From Octopus bimaculoides (lineage: Eukaryota), in NCBI RefSeq assembly GCF_001194135.2, contig NC_068996.1, positions 50,836,340 to 50,900,339 on the forward strand: a stretch of DNA of 64,000 nucleotides. Reading direction: 5' to 3'. Shown here piece by piece: positions 52,315-64,000 of the stretch (position 1 is its first letter; each line of letters starts with the position of its first letter). The translations under genes were made by a program, and so were the position numbers. Under the pieces are notes generated by a model, which saw only the letters and a program-made list of their open reading frames with translations, searched no databases and was not told the DNA's origin.

Positions 52315-52480
52315 CACAAGCATGCATGGCTGTGTGGTTAAGAAGCTTGCTTTGCTACCATGAGTTTCAGATTCACTCCCACTGCATGACATCTTGGGCA
52401 AGTATCTTCCACACTGGTTAGCTCTGGGCCAACCAGTGTCACTGGTAGATGGAAACTGTGGAAGTTCATAAGGTCTCTCT
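52315..52480 (+). mobile_element. SINE family A head only
   Basis: GCATGGCTGTGTGGTTAAGAAGCTTGC... ending in (CT)n. Confidence 0.7.
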
Positions 52481-52501
52481 CTCTCTTTCTCTCTTTCTCT
52501 T

Positions 52502-52532
<31 letters not shown>

Positions 52533-52536
<4 letters not shown>

Positions 52537-52824
52537 GCCCCATGCTGGTGGCACGTAAAAAGTACCATTCGAGTGTGATCGTTACCAGCGTCACCTTACT
52601 GGCACTTGTGCCGGTGCTACGTGGAAAACACCATTTGAGCGTGGCTGTTGCCAGTACCGCCTGACTGGCCTTCATGCTGGTGACACGTAAAAGCACCCAC
52701 TACACTCTTGGAGCGGTTGGCGTTAGGAAGGGCATCCAGCTGTAGAAACTCTGCCAAATCAGATTAGAGCCTGGTGCAGCCTTCTGGCTTGCCAGCCCTC
52801 AATCAAACTGTCCAACCTATACCA
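52533..52824 (+). mobile_element. RTE 3' UTR copy running into a gap
   Basis: TGCTGGTGGCACGTAAAAAG units and GGCGTTAGGAAGGGCATCCAGCTGTAGAAAC. Confidence 0.8.
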
Positions 52825-52907
52825 NNNNNNNNNNNNNNNNNNNNNNNNNNNNNNNNNNNNNNNNNNNNNNNNNNNNNNNNNNNNNNNNNNNNNNNNNNNN
52901 NNNNNNN

Positions 52908-52949
<42 letters not shown>

Positions 52950-53029
52950 TTTTGGAATAGGGTCTTGAAGCATATATAAAGCTATAAATATTAGTATATA
53001 AATATCAGTTGAAAAGCTTGTGTGTGTAT

Positions 53030-53245
53030 TTATCTGTGTTGTGTGTGTGTGTGTGTGTCCTCATCAACAGTGGGTGTTGATTTATTGTAACCTAGAACTT
53101 CAACAAAATATGACTGATAGAATCAGTACAAGACTTAAAAGCAAAACTATAAAAAAGGTCTAAGTATTGGGGTCAATCTGACTACAGCCCTGGAAAACAG
53201 TGCCCCAGCATGGCAACAGTCCAATGACTGTAACAAATAAAAGAT
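53030..53245 (+). mobile_element. SINE family A tail half
   Basis: (GT)n followed by ...GTGCCCCAGCATGGC...TGACTG...AAAAGAT. Confidence 0.6.
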
Positions 53246-53650
53246 GACAAATATTATTAGCAATCCATTCTTTAATTTGTGGTACAAACTTGTTCATTTA
53301 CTTCTCTTTATTTTCACCTCTCTATTATCTTCCCATATTTTTGTTGTATATATATCTATTTGTATTTTTGTATTTATATTTGTGTATTTATATATAATGT
53401 TTTAAACATATTTTGTTGTGTTGTAAGATGTTAGGGGCTGCAGATTGTTGTATTTAAAACAGAAACATATTTGACTTTCCAACAACAGATGGAATAAATT
53501 TTGTCAGCCATTTGTAGCAGTAAATCAACTTTTAAAAGATTTCTGTTGCTCTTAAGGTTTATACAGTAAAAATATATTTGTGTGTATGGTGGTGGTGGGT
53601 GGATGGGTGGGTGGAGACAATTATAGTGATTCATTATAAATTGCTTTTTT

Positions 53651-53683
<33 letters not shown>

Positions 53684-53844
53684 TTTTTTACACTTTTAAT
53701 TAAGCAACAGCAGATTTCATAAATCCGTCTCTGCCAATGTCTTCCTGCCTGTCTATCTGTCTGTTTTTTTTCCAGTCCTTCCTCCTCTCTCTTCCTCCTC
53801 TCTTCCCCCCTCTCTCACACTTCAAACATCTCTTACCTTTTATC

Positions 53845-54033
53845 TTCTACTTGCTTCAGTCATTAGACTGGCCAAGCTGGAGCACTGCCTTAAAGGGTTT
53901 AGTCAAACAAATCAATCCCAGTATTTTTAAGCTTGGTATTTATTCTATCAGTCTTTCTTGTTGAATTACTAACTTTTGGGTATCATAAATATACCAAACA
54001 TTAATTGTCAAGTAGTAGTGGGTAACAAATGCA

Positions 54034-54076
<43 letters not shown>

Positions 54077-54200
54077 ATTTGGCTTCTTTCAGTTTCCAGC
54101 CACTAAATCCACTCACAAGACTTTGGTTAGCCCCATTCAGTGAGACTGAACCCAAGACCACATGGTTGGGAAACAAACGTCTTAACAACACACTTACACC
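53845..54200 (-). mobile_element. SINE family A with internal deletion
   Basis: Reverse-complement similarity to 4062-4493. Confidence 0.7.
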
Positions 54201-54602
54201 ATGTGTATAAATTTCATATTGTAACAATATGAACTTAACAAAAAGTTATGGACAAATCTTTAGACCTAGGAATTTTGGTGGGGTGAGGTGGTGAGGGTAG
54301 AAATGCTCTTCTGTTTAGGAAATACAGAGTAAGATTGTTTTTTTTTTTTTTTCCTGCTATATATTCCTGTGAGAAATTGCCTGTGACATTGGATCTAATA
54401 AGTTCATATAAATGCAATAAGAAATTAATATTTAATACTATTTCATATGTTATTTGTTTTTTTGACATACATACACAGGCTTGTGTATGTATGATGTATA
54501 AATGTGTGTGCATGCACGCGCGCTCACACACACATTCATGCACAATACATGCACACACACATATATAATATAGTCACATGCACAACTATGTATGTATGTA
54601 TG

Positions 54603-54645
<43 letters not shown>

Positions 54646-54784
54646 TTCTATGTATGTGTGTATATATATATATGTGTATATATATATATATATGTGTGTG
54701 TATATATATTATATATATATCATCATCATCGTCATCGTTTAACGTGATGATGATGATGATGATATATATATGCTGCTATGTATA

Positions 54785-54839
<55 letters not shown>

Positions 54840-55325
54840 ATATATGCTTCTATGTATTTGTGTGTATGTATAGATATGTACTTGTGGGTGTAAATATATG
54901 TTTGTGTATAACATGTTTACCTTTTAATCTTTAGTTTTCCAGATTTTCTTTCTCATTTTTTTTTTAATCAATTTTTGCTATAAAAAAAGATACCTCCTTG
55001 AAGAAAAAAAATACTCCCCAAAATCAACAACCCTCTCTGATGTTAACAAAGAGGTGTGTTTGGTCTTACTTTTGTTCACTCAACCTTGCTTTTATGTGTT
55101 CCATCTGGCAAGGATTCCTCTCTTTACTGTTGATCTTTAATCTACAGGCTAGAGATACTTAATGGCTTAAAACGTGTAAATCTGTGATTCCCATAAGAAT
55201 AGTCTAGTAAGATCAAGGGGCCATCTTGTGATTTCTTATGTAATTTTTAACTTTACATTGTTTTGAATCTTCATAAGAATTGTGTGTGTGTGTCTGTGTG
55301 TCTGTGTCTGTGTGTCTGTGTGTGT

Positions 55326-55400
<75 letters not shown>

Positions 55401-55449
55401 GATACACATAATCATACCTCAACTTAGATTGTTTTTAGATATGTCTTTT

Positions 55450-55703
55450 CAACTTCGTTTTTCACTTGTTCTAGTTGTTAGACTACAGCCTTGCTGGGGG
55501 TACCACCTTGAAGAATTTTAGTCAAACAAATATATTCTGATCCTTAATTTTTTTTTTTTCTTAAGCCTAGTATTTATTCTATCAGTCTCTTTTGCCGAAC
55601 CACTAAGTTACATGGAAATAACACACCGAATATTAGTTGTCAAGCAGTGGTGGTGGACAAATACAGACAACAAAGAAGCATGTGCGCGCGCACGCACACA
55701 CAC

Positions 55704-55762
<59 letters not shown>

Positions 55763-55978
55763 TACACACACATGCACATGCACGTTCACACACACACACA
55801 CACATACACACACATGATGAGCTTCTTTCAGCTTCCTTCTACTAAATCCTTTCATAAGGCTTTGGTCGGCCCAAGGCTATAGTAGGAGACACTTGCCCAA
55901 GGTGCCATGCAGTGGGACTGAAACCAGAACCTTGTGGTTGGGAAGCAAACTCCTTACCACACAGCCATGCCTGCTCCT
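55450..55978 (-). mobile_element. SINE family A with an expanded (CA)n linker
   Basis: Reverse-complement similarity to 4062-4493. Confidence 0.8.
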
Positions 55979-56560
55979 ATTTATGGAAAATATAAACCTC
56001 AGCATCGGTCAATTTATCTAATTTCACAGTAATCTCGGCAAACATTTAAAAGCATAAAAATTGAAGAAAGAAAAAAAACCACCTAAAAATTAATACTGAA
56101 GTGGAAAATCAAATGAAATACATTAAAACAGACATAAACTAATAAGGTTTTAAATGATTTTTTGAGTCAACATTGGGGGGTTTTTTTTTGTTTTAGTTGC
56201 ATGATCTTAGTTAAGGTATATGTAGGTAACATATAGTATAATTATAATCATAGCAAATATTTTAGCCATTTCTCTGCAGACTGAAAAAAGTATGAACAAC
56301 CTTAATCAAATTTTCAAACCTAACTATGTTCTCATCAGAGGCATCTACATCATTCTGACAGTCTCCAGAGAAACAAGCAGCCAAACTGTTTATATACTCA
56401 ACAAATGCAGCAGTTACTCTATGAAGGAGTCCCTAATTTGCATACTGAAAGTATTTAACACTCTATAAATACCAGCAGCCTGTCAACAGGGATCTTAGTC
56501 CACACAGTATCAAGGTATGATATAATAAATATGGATAACATACGATATATATTCGTATAT

Positions 56561-56878
56561 TGGGGGTGTGCATGGCTTAGTGGTTATGGGTGTTCTCATG
56601 ATTGTAAGGCTGTGAGTTTGATTCCCCATGGCACATTGCGTCCTTAAGCAAGACACTTTATTTCACATTGCTTCAGTTCACTCAACTGACAAAAATGAGT
56701 TGTACTTTTACTTCAAAGAATTGTCACAGTCTGTGTCGCACTGAATCTCCCTGAGATCTACTTTAAGGGTACACGTGTCTGTGGAGTGCTCAGCCACTTG
56801 CATGTTAATTTCACAAGCAGGCTGTTCCATTGGTCGGATCAACTGGAACCCTCGTCGTCATAACCGACAAAGTGCCAG
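56561..56878 (+). mobile_element. SINE family C, full length
   Basis: Homologous to 44068-44393. Confidence 0.82.
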
Positions 56879-57184
56879 GGTGTGCATGTGTGAAAGTGGA
56901 TGCATGGAAGGGACAATAAATATTGCGTGCATTTACCATGTTTATTGTTTTATATTTGATTTTTAACTGAGAAAACTGGGGTGGAACTTATACATGGCGG
57001 GGGGGGGGGGAAAGACTAAAATGATGCAGGGGAAAAAATTTGTACCAAGCTTTAACACTAAATTTGGGTGAGGCTTATACATGTATACATACAGGATTGT
57101 GACCTGTACACAAGTAGATACAGTATGTATATGCGTGCATATATATTAATCTTATTCACTCATCCTTTAGAGAAATCATTCATC

Positions 57185-57495
57185 TTTCACTTGTGTTTTG
57201 AGCTTGGCACTTATTTTATTGGTCTTTTATGCAGGATCACTAAGTTATGGGGATGTAAACAGACCAACACCAGTTGTCAAGCAGTGGGGAAGTTGAGCAT
57301 ACGCGCATGCACACACACACACACGTACACACACACACACTCTTTCTCTCTCACTCAAGAGACTTCTTTTAGTTTCCATCTATCAAATCCACTCAGAAAG
57401 CTTTGGTTGGCCCAAGGCTATAGTAGAAGACACTTGCCCAAGGTGCCGTGTAGTGGGACTGAAATTGGAACCATGTTGTTGGGAAGTAACCATGT
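57185..57495 (-). mobile_element. SINE family A
   Basis: Reverse-complement similarity to 4062-4493. Confidence 0.7.
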
Positions 57496-58083
57496 GGCTG
57501 AATTTTGGTTTTGATATTTCTTATGAAATAGAGGAATAGAACTCTCAAACAACCCAATGTTATTGTACTTGATGGCTGAATAAACAACATACACAAAGAC
57601 TTACATTATTATTTTGCATTTTTGCTCTGTTTCTTTGTTTTTCTTTTAATCATCTTTTGTGTTAATAAATAAGTTAATTAGTATTTGAAGTTATAGAACA
57701 AAGAATATTGTTTTTTTTTTGTTTTTTTTTCCTTCCCACTCTGTTTCCTGATTTTGTTAGTTAAGGAGAAAAACAGAAGAAACTGTTATTTCTACTTGCA
57801 GAAATATCTCAACTGAATGAGCAAAAAATTTCTAGAGTAATTCATCCTTTGTTACCATGTTTTTATCTCAATTAATTTGGAAAAAAAATTGTAAAATAAC
57901 CACATCATTATTAATTTGATGGTTGGAACTTAAATTAACATGAAATTTTGATGGAAGATTTTAATTTAGATTACTTTTACAGGAAGTTTGTATCATAGAA
58001 CTTGTCAATGTTTCAGACATGTCTGCATCAATAGGGTTATGGTTGCATCTCAGATTGTATACATCTTTAACCTACCATATCTT

Positions 58084-58400
58084 GGAGGTGCATGACTCAG
58101 TGGTTAGAGTGTCAGGCTCACAATCATGAGGTAGTGAGTTCAATTCCTGGACTGGGCTGTGTGTGTTGTGTTTTTCAGCGAGGCACTTTATTTCACGTTG
58201 CTCCAGTTCACTGAGTTGTAGAAATGAGTTGTGACATCACTGGTGCCAAGCTGTATTGGCCTTTGCCTTGGATAACATTGGTAGCATGAAATGGAAAGGT
58301 TTTCCATAAACAACATTACCTGGACTTGTGTGCCTTGAGGGTAACTTTCCAGGTGCAATCCGATGGTCGTTCATGACTGAAGGGGTTCTTTACTCTTTAC
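58084..58400 (+). mobile_element. SINE family C-variant (shared head, different tail)
   Basis: Homologous to 3151-3450 (minus strand). Confidence 0.78.
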
Positions 58401-58689
58401 CATCTCTTAAGAGACTCAACTATAGGATACTGAAATGGTTCTTTTACAATCCATTGATATATAATTCTTATATCTATATCAATAATTCTGAGTTGTTAGG
58501 AACAGAAATATTAGGGGACATTGGAATAGGAGAAATGACTATTATTCTGATGTTTTTTTTCTCAGTCTCCATAACAATATAAGAATTCTTCTGAGTAGGT
58601 ACTGCATTGGAATTGCTGGGATAGGCATGTTGTTGGTTGAGAACTGGATATAAAGTAATTAAATTACTGAGAGTATGTAACAAAATAAT

Positions 58690-58905
58690 TAAGCTTTGGT
58701 ATTTAAAGCAGCCATATTCAGCCCTAATATTCTGTTTATTTTGTAACTGGCTATATCCAACTTGTCACACCTACCTTACAATGTCATTCTAAGAATAAAC
58801 AACCACATGTTTGAAATCTCAAAGCTATGAGATAATGCACAATTAATTCAAAATAATGTGAATAAATAAACATTACATTTGACAGAGTAATCTAAATGCT
58901 AAAAA
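58690..58905 (-). mobile_element. TTAA MITE, degraded
   Basis: Internal homology (CACACCTACCTTACAATGTCATTCTAA). Confidence 0.6.
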
Positions 58906-59391
58906 TAGATAGATAGATATAAATAAATAGATAGATAGATAGATAGATACACACATGCATACATACATACATACATAGAGAGATAGAGAGACAGAGAGAG
59001 AGAGATAGACAGAGAGAGAGAGATAGACAGAGAGAGAGAGATAGACAGAGAGAGAGAGAGAGCTAGATAGACAGAAAGATAGAGAAATAGATAGATAGAA
59101 AGATAAATATGGGTGTTGATATTGCTTTACAATCATAGGCTCAGATTAAACGTTGGGAGCCAAATGAAGTAGATGAAAACATCTGTGGGAGGCCATTGGA
59201 TGGATGGCATCTGTTATTCAAATGGTCAGATTGTCCACATAGAATCCCAATGCTGATGGTTTTATTTGAGTATTATATGAGTACATCTGTTTGTGGCATA
59301 CTCGTTATGAAATGTTGAGTTGGTAGTTCCATTGATTGAACCTTTATGACACTTGTCACAGAAACTGTAGCATATTCCTTACACACACACA

Positions 59392-60634
59392 CAGGGTGCA
59401 AGGGGTGTTTGGGGATAATTTTGGTATACAATAGAAACAACTGTATTTCAGCATAAATAAATATGTATTTGAATAAATATTTGTGCAATAAGTCTTGATG
59501 TTGATTTTTTCAAGCAAATTATTCTATGAAACCACTTTCAGCTTCAATGTGGGACCAAAACTACTGGCATGCTGACACTATATGGTCCTTATTCATTTAG
59601 GACACCACCTGGACAATGGTAGCCTTCAGTGAAACCATGAGATATGATGAGGATGACGGTTAGTCTTCCTCTCAACAGCGCTCCACATGTAGTAGTCCAT
59701 GGGGCGAGTTTGGAGACCACATATTGAGTATTACATAATCATAAAGATTTTCTGACAACCATTCTTGGGTGACTAAGGCTTTGTAAGAAGGGGCTGAGTC
59801 TTGTTGAAACATATATGGCCTTCCATTGCATACTTCATCAATCCAGGGCTTCATAACAGTTTCCGGTACCTCGATGTATCCAGTAGCATTAATTCTAAGA
59901 CCCTGTGTAAAAAAAAGTGGGGAGGCATCACATGACCTTCACTACTCACCACTCTCAAAACCATCACATTTGCTGGAAATTTCGTGTGCATCACTCTGGG
60001 TACTTCAGATGGATCTGCACATAACCACCTGTCATTGCTTCTGTTAGACTTTTGATCTTGGTCAGAGTTTTTTTTGTCAAAGAAAACCCAAAGCATTCCT
60101 TGTTTATGAGGATTTTCCACTTTGGTAAGTAACCATTTTGAACGGATGAGGCAGTTTTCCTGTGTCTTTGCAGACACGAATTGGCCTTTCCTCATTATAT
60201 GGGACTTGTATCGAATGTCATGATGTACCACAGTTCTGATAGTCCATGCTGGCACCCAAAGTTCTTTAGAAATAGAACTCATTAGAATTTATACTATATG
60301 CTCAAAACATTATTGATGAAAACCCGTCCAGTATCCTTTTAGTATTTGAGCGTTGTGAATGTTTTTCTCTCTCTGATACTGATGGAACTTTACCATCACA
60401 TGCCTCCAATCCCAACCAAACTTTGTGTACAAATGATCTTGCAATATTTGGAAAGTTGCTAATTTCTAAATCACTCTGGTTTGCATGTATAGCAACTATG
60501 ACTGCAGGTCTTTCCATTTCTTGAGTTAGCATTCCGTGAAAGGGTTATCAGGGTAAAAAAAAAAAAAAACATTAAATAATTTGAAGGTGTAGTGAACTAA
60601 AAATGAAGTGTCCTCAAATACCCCTTGCACCCAA
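59392..60634 (-). mobile_element. Second degraded maT/DD37D-like transposon (different subfamily)
   Basis: ORF pieces 60302-60532, 59851-60282 and 59672-59854 (KFPANVMVL, FQQDSAP, WSPNSP, then PMDYY in a shifted frame). TIRs GGGTGCAAGGGGTGTTTGGG (59394-59413) and its near reverse complement (60613-60632). Confidence 0.88.
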
Positions 60635-61151
60635 TATATATATATANNNNNNNNNNNNNNNNNNNNNNNNNNNNNNNNNNNNNNNNNNNNNNNNNNNNNN
60701 NNNNNNNNNNNNNNNNNNNNNNNNNNNNNNNNNNNNNNNNNNNNNNNNNNNNNNNNNNNNNNNNNNNNNNNNNNNNNNNNNNNNNNNNNNNNNNNNNNNN
60801 NNNNNNNNNNNNNNNNNNNNNNNNNNNNNNNNNNNNNNNNNNNNNNNNNNNNNNNNNNNNNNNNNNNNNNNNNNNNNNNNNNNNNNNNNNNNNNNNNNNN
60901 NNNNNNNNNNNNNNNNNNNNNNNNNNNNNNNNNNNNNNNNNNNNNNNNNNNNNNNNNNNNNNNNNNNNNNNNNNNNNNNNNNNNNNNNNNNNNNNNNNNN
61001 NNNNNNNNNNNNNNNNNNNNNNNNNNNNNNNNNNNNNNNNNNNNNNNNNNNNNNNNNNNNNNNNNNNNNNNNNNNNNNNNNNNNNNNNNNNNNNNNNNNN
61101 NNNNNNNNNNNNNNNNNNNNNNNNNNNNNNNNNNNNNNNNNNNNNNNNNNN

Positions 61152-61375
61152 TATATATATAATGTTTGTGTGTCTGTGTTTGTCCCCCCTCCCCACCATT
61201 GCTTGATAACCAATGTTGGTGTGTTTACATCCCTGTAACTTAGCAGTTTGGTAAAAGAGACCAATAGAATAAGTGCTAGGCTTACAAAGAATAAATCCTG
61301 GGGTTGATTTGTTCGACTAAAGGCGGTGCTCCAGCATGGCCACAGTCAAATGACTGAAACAAGTAAAAGAATAGC
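61152..61375 (+). mobile_element. SINE family A tail half (head probably in the gap)
   Basis: Similarity to the 3' half of 4062-4493. Confidence 0.8.
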
Positions 61376-61931
61376 AGAATACCAACAAAACAATGTCAGC
61401 TTGTTTCTTTCTTTACTGCTTCCTTTAATTTCTTTTCTTTTCTAAAAGACAATGGCATTCTTATTAGTAAAGGTCAATACTATTGAACCCTTTAATAACT
61501 GTTGTTTTGGATAAGTGCTAATGTTAAGGTCAGCTGGCATAAGATAAATTCCTTTGTGTGTGTGTGAGCTTTCCTCTTTATCAGACTAAGACATTCCAGT
61601 CTTATAAATAGATTGACAGAGGACAGAGGTTGGAGATCTAAGTCAGTCTGTTCTCTTTTGATGGTCACATTGTAATTTTGGAAAAGTGTTTATTGTGGTG
61701 AAGAATGGACATTATTTCAATGCTGAATATCATTTTAAATGTTTCAACATTTATGGAACTCGAGTTTGGTCATGTTTCAGTCTTATTAGGATCTCTTCAG
61801 TGAAGTTTAAATGTTGTGTTTACTGATGTACTGATAAGAGGATCCTTAATTAGATGTAAGATGTACATGAGTAGGCATGAAAAGTTAGAATTCTTTTATT
61901 CTGGGGTAATTCGTCTGTGACATCATCTGCG

Positions 61932-62134
61932 TTCTCTTTTACTCTTTACTCTTTTACTTGTTTCAGCCATTTGACTGCGGCCATGCTGGAGCACCGCCTT
62001 TAGTCAAGTAAATCGATCCCAGGACTTATTCTTTGTAAGCCTAGTACTTATTCTATCGGTCTCTTTTGCCGAACCGCTAAGCTACGGGGACGTAAACACA
62101 CCACCATTGGTTGTCAAGCGATGTTGGGGGGACA

Positions 62135-62188
<54 letters not shown>

Positions 62189-62355
62189 TATATACGACAG
62201 GCTTCTTTCAGTTTCCTTCTACCAAATCCACTCACAAGGCTTCAGTTTGCCCGAGGCTATAGTAGAAGATACTTGCCCAAGGTGCCACGCAGTGGGAATG
62301 AACCTGGAACCATGTGGTTAGTAAGCAAGCTACTTACCACATAGATAGGCCTGCG
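61932..62355 (-). mobile_element. SINE family A, young full-length copy
   Basis: Near-consensus reverse complement. Confidence 0.85.
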
Positions 62356-63457
62356 CCTATAAGCCACTCTTGCACCTATTGCTGTGATAATTTTTTTTAT
62401 TTAAATGTGCTAATATCTCACTGGCCCTTTTACAGTATTGCTCATTTATTTAGTGATTATCTCATCCCTATTTTAGCAAGAACTGTAAAGTCTGTGATTT
62501 GCTGAAGAATTCTAATAAAACAAGCATGCTATGAGTTACCTTTCATATTTATTTGAAATGTGTAAAATATTATTAGTCTTTGCGCTAATGTTGTCTTTTC
62601 CTCACCTCGCAATAATTTCTGAATCAGTATTTAATGTCTTCTACATTATGTTAATATTAACTTAACTATTGTGTTTCTATGGATGGATATCTATTCCATC
62701 TCTTTTATTACAAAATATTCATTTCTCTGAATTTGCTTGCTGTACTGTGCAAGCTTCTAACCATACACACACACGCATATGCACACACACTATATATATA
62801 TATATAATATATATATATATATATAAACAAATAAAAGGGTAAAGGATTATCAATTTATTAATTTATTAATAAATTANNNNNNNNNNNNNNNNNNNNNNNN
62901 NNNNNNNNNNNNNNNNNNNNNNNNNNNNNNNNNNNNNNNNNNNNNNNNNNNNNNNNNNNNNNNNNNNNNNNNNNNNATATACGTATATATATATAATGTG
63001 CTTAACCCTCTGTGGAGTATAAAGCCTTGTTCTGCACATGATTTTGTTTGCTCTTGTATGTATATATTTACCATTGCCAGCTGCTCTGTTTAGTTTTGAT
63101 TTTTTTTTTCTTTGGTAGGTTGGGGGGCGGAGGGCAATGGTGGTGATGGTGGTGGTGGTTGCTCATTCCTTCTTTTAATGAGCAAAAATATTTTGTAGAA
63201 TATCAGTGACTAATATAGAGAGCAGTCTCAGAAGGAATTTCTTTTGGTAACATTGTTGTTAAAAGAATAAAGCTTCAAAAAGATAAAAGAAAAAAAAAGA
63301 AGAAAAAAAAGCTAACTTCAACAATTACCATGGTAATTATAATACACGTAATTCCACTGTTATTGCAACACTCTTCGTGTGGGGCATGGGGGATATTTAT
63401 AGTATATCCTAGAATATTCTACTTGAAAATAGATATCATATAAAATGATAGTAAAGA

Positions 63458-63610
63458 GGCATGGTTGTGTGGTAAGAAGCTTGTTACCCAATCACATGGT
63501 TCTGGGTTCAGTCCCACTTCGTGGCACCTTGGGAAAGTGTCTTTTATTATATCTTCGGACCAACTAAAGTCTTGTAAGTGGATTTGATAGATGGGAACTG
63601 AAAGAAGCCT

Positions 63611-63650
<40 letters not shown>

Positions 63651-64000
63651 TGTGTGTGTTCTTCCAACCTCTTGACAATGAGTACTGGTGTGTTTACACC
63701 CCTGTAACCAAGTGGTTTGGCAAAAAGAAACTGATAGAATCAGTATCAGTATTAAAAAGATAAAATAAGAACTGGAGTCAAGTGATTTGACTAAAAATTC
63801 TTGAAGGTGGTACCCCAGCATGGCCACAGTGCAATGAGTGAAACAAGTAAAGGATAAAAGATATACTGGGATTGATTTGTTCAACTAAATCCTTTCAAGG
63901 TGGTGCCCCAGCATGGCCACAGTGCAATGACTGAAACAAGTAAAAGATAAAAGATATACTGGGATTGATTTGTTCAACTAAAGACCTTCAAGGTGGTGCT
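63458..64000 (+). mobile_element. SINE family A with a tandemly reiterated 93-bp tail
   Basis: Head, (GT)n and tail, then AAGGTGGT recurring at 63804, 63897 and 63990. Confidence 0.8.

Noticed and set aside
52540-52700. Repeat-spacer pattern resembling a CRISPR array
   Set aside because: Units are degenerate and irregularly spaced, lie within an RTE LINE 3' UTR in a eukaryotic intron, and no cas genes are present.
60597-61264. Stack of ~200-aa ORFs
   Set aside because: All span the 60647-61151 gap.

Overview
AT-rich, repeat-dense eukaryotic DNA with several N gaps. The SINE/LINE families and microsatellite load look like an octopus (coleoid cephalopod) draft assembly; this is inferred from recalled repeat content, not from a search. 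Almost every ORF in the supplied track is a microsatellite, gap or transposon artefact. The host gene is missing from that track: three small + strand exons (9230-9319, 25854-25932, 28633-28757) splice in frame into a CEP170-like FHA domain. The last two exons are joined by a 2,700-nt U12-type (minor spliceosome) AT-AC intron. The introns contain several tRNA-headed SINE families, RTE, CR1 and Dong/R4 LINE remnants, two DD37D (maT) Tc1/mariner relics, a pogo-like relic, TTAA MITEs and a probable non-autonomous Helitron. The most unusual structure is at 20497-21142. It is a tRNA-promoter element whose body carries a minimal Penelope-type hammerhead ribozyme motif, present as two inverted arms inside one 15-bp target-site duplication. 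It is nested in another SINE and is itself interrupted by a MITE. Coordinates of degraded repeats are approximate.
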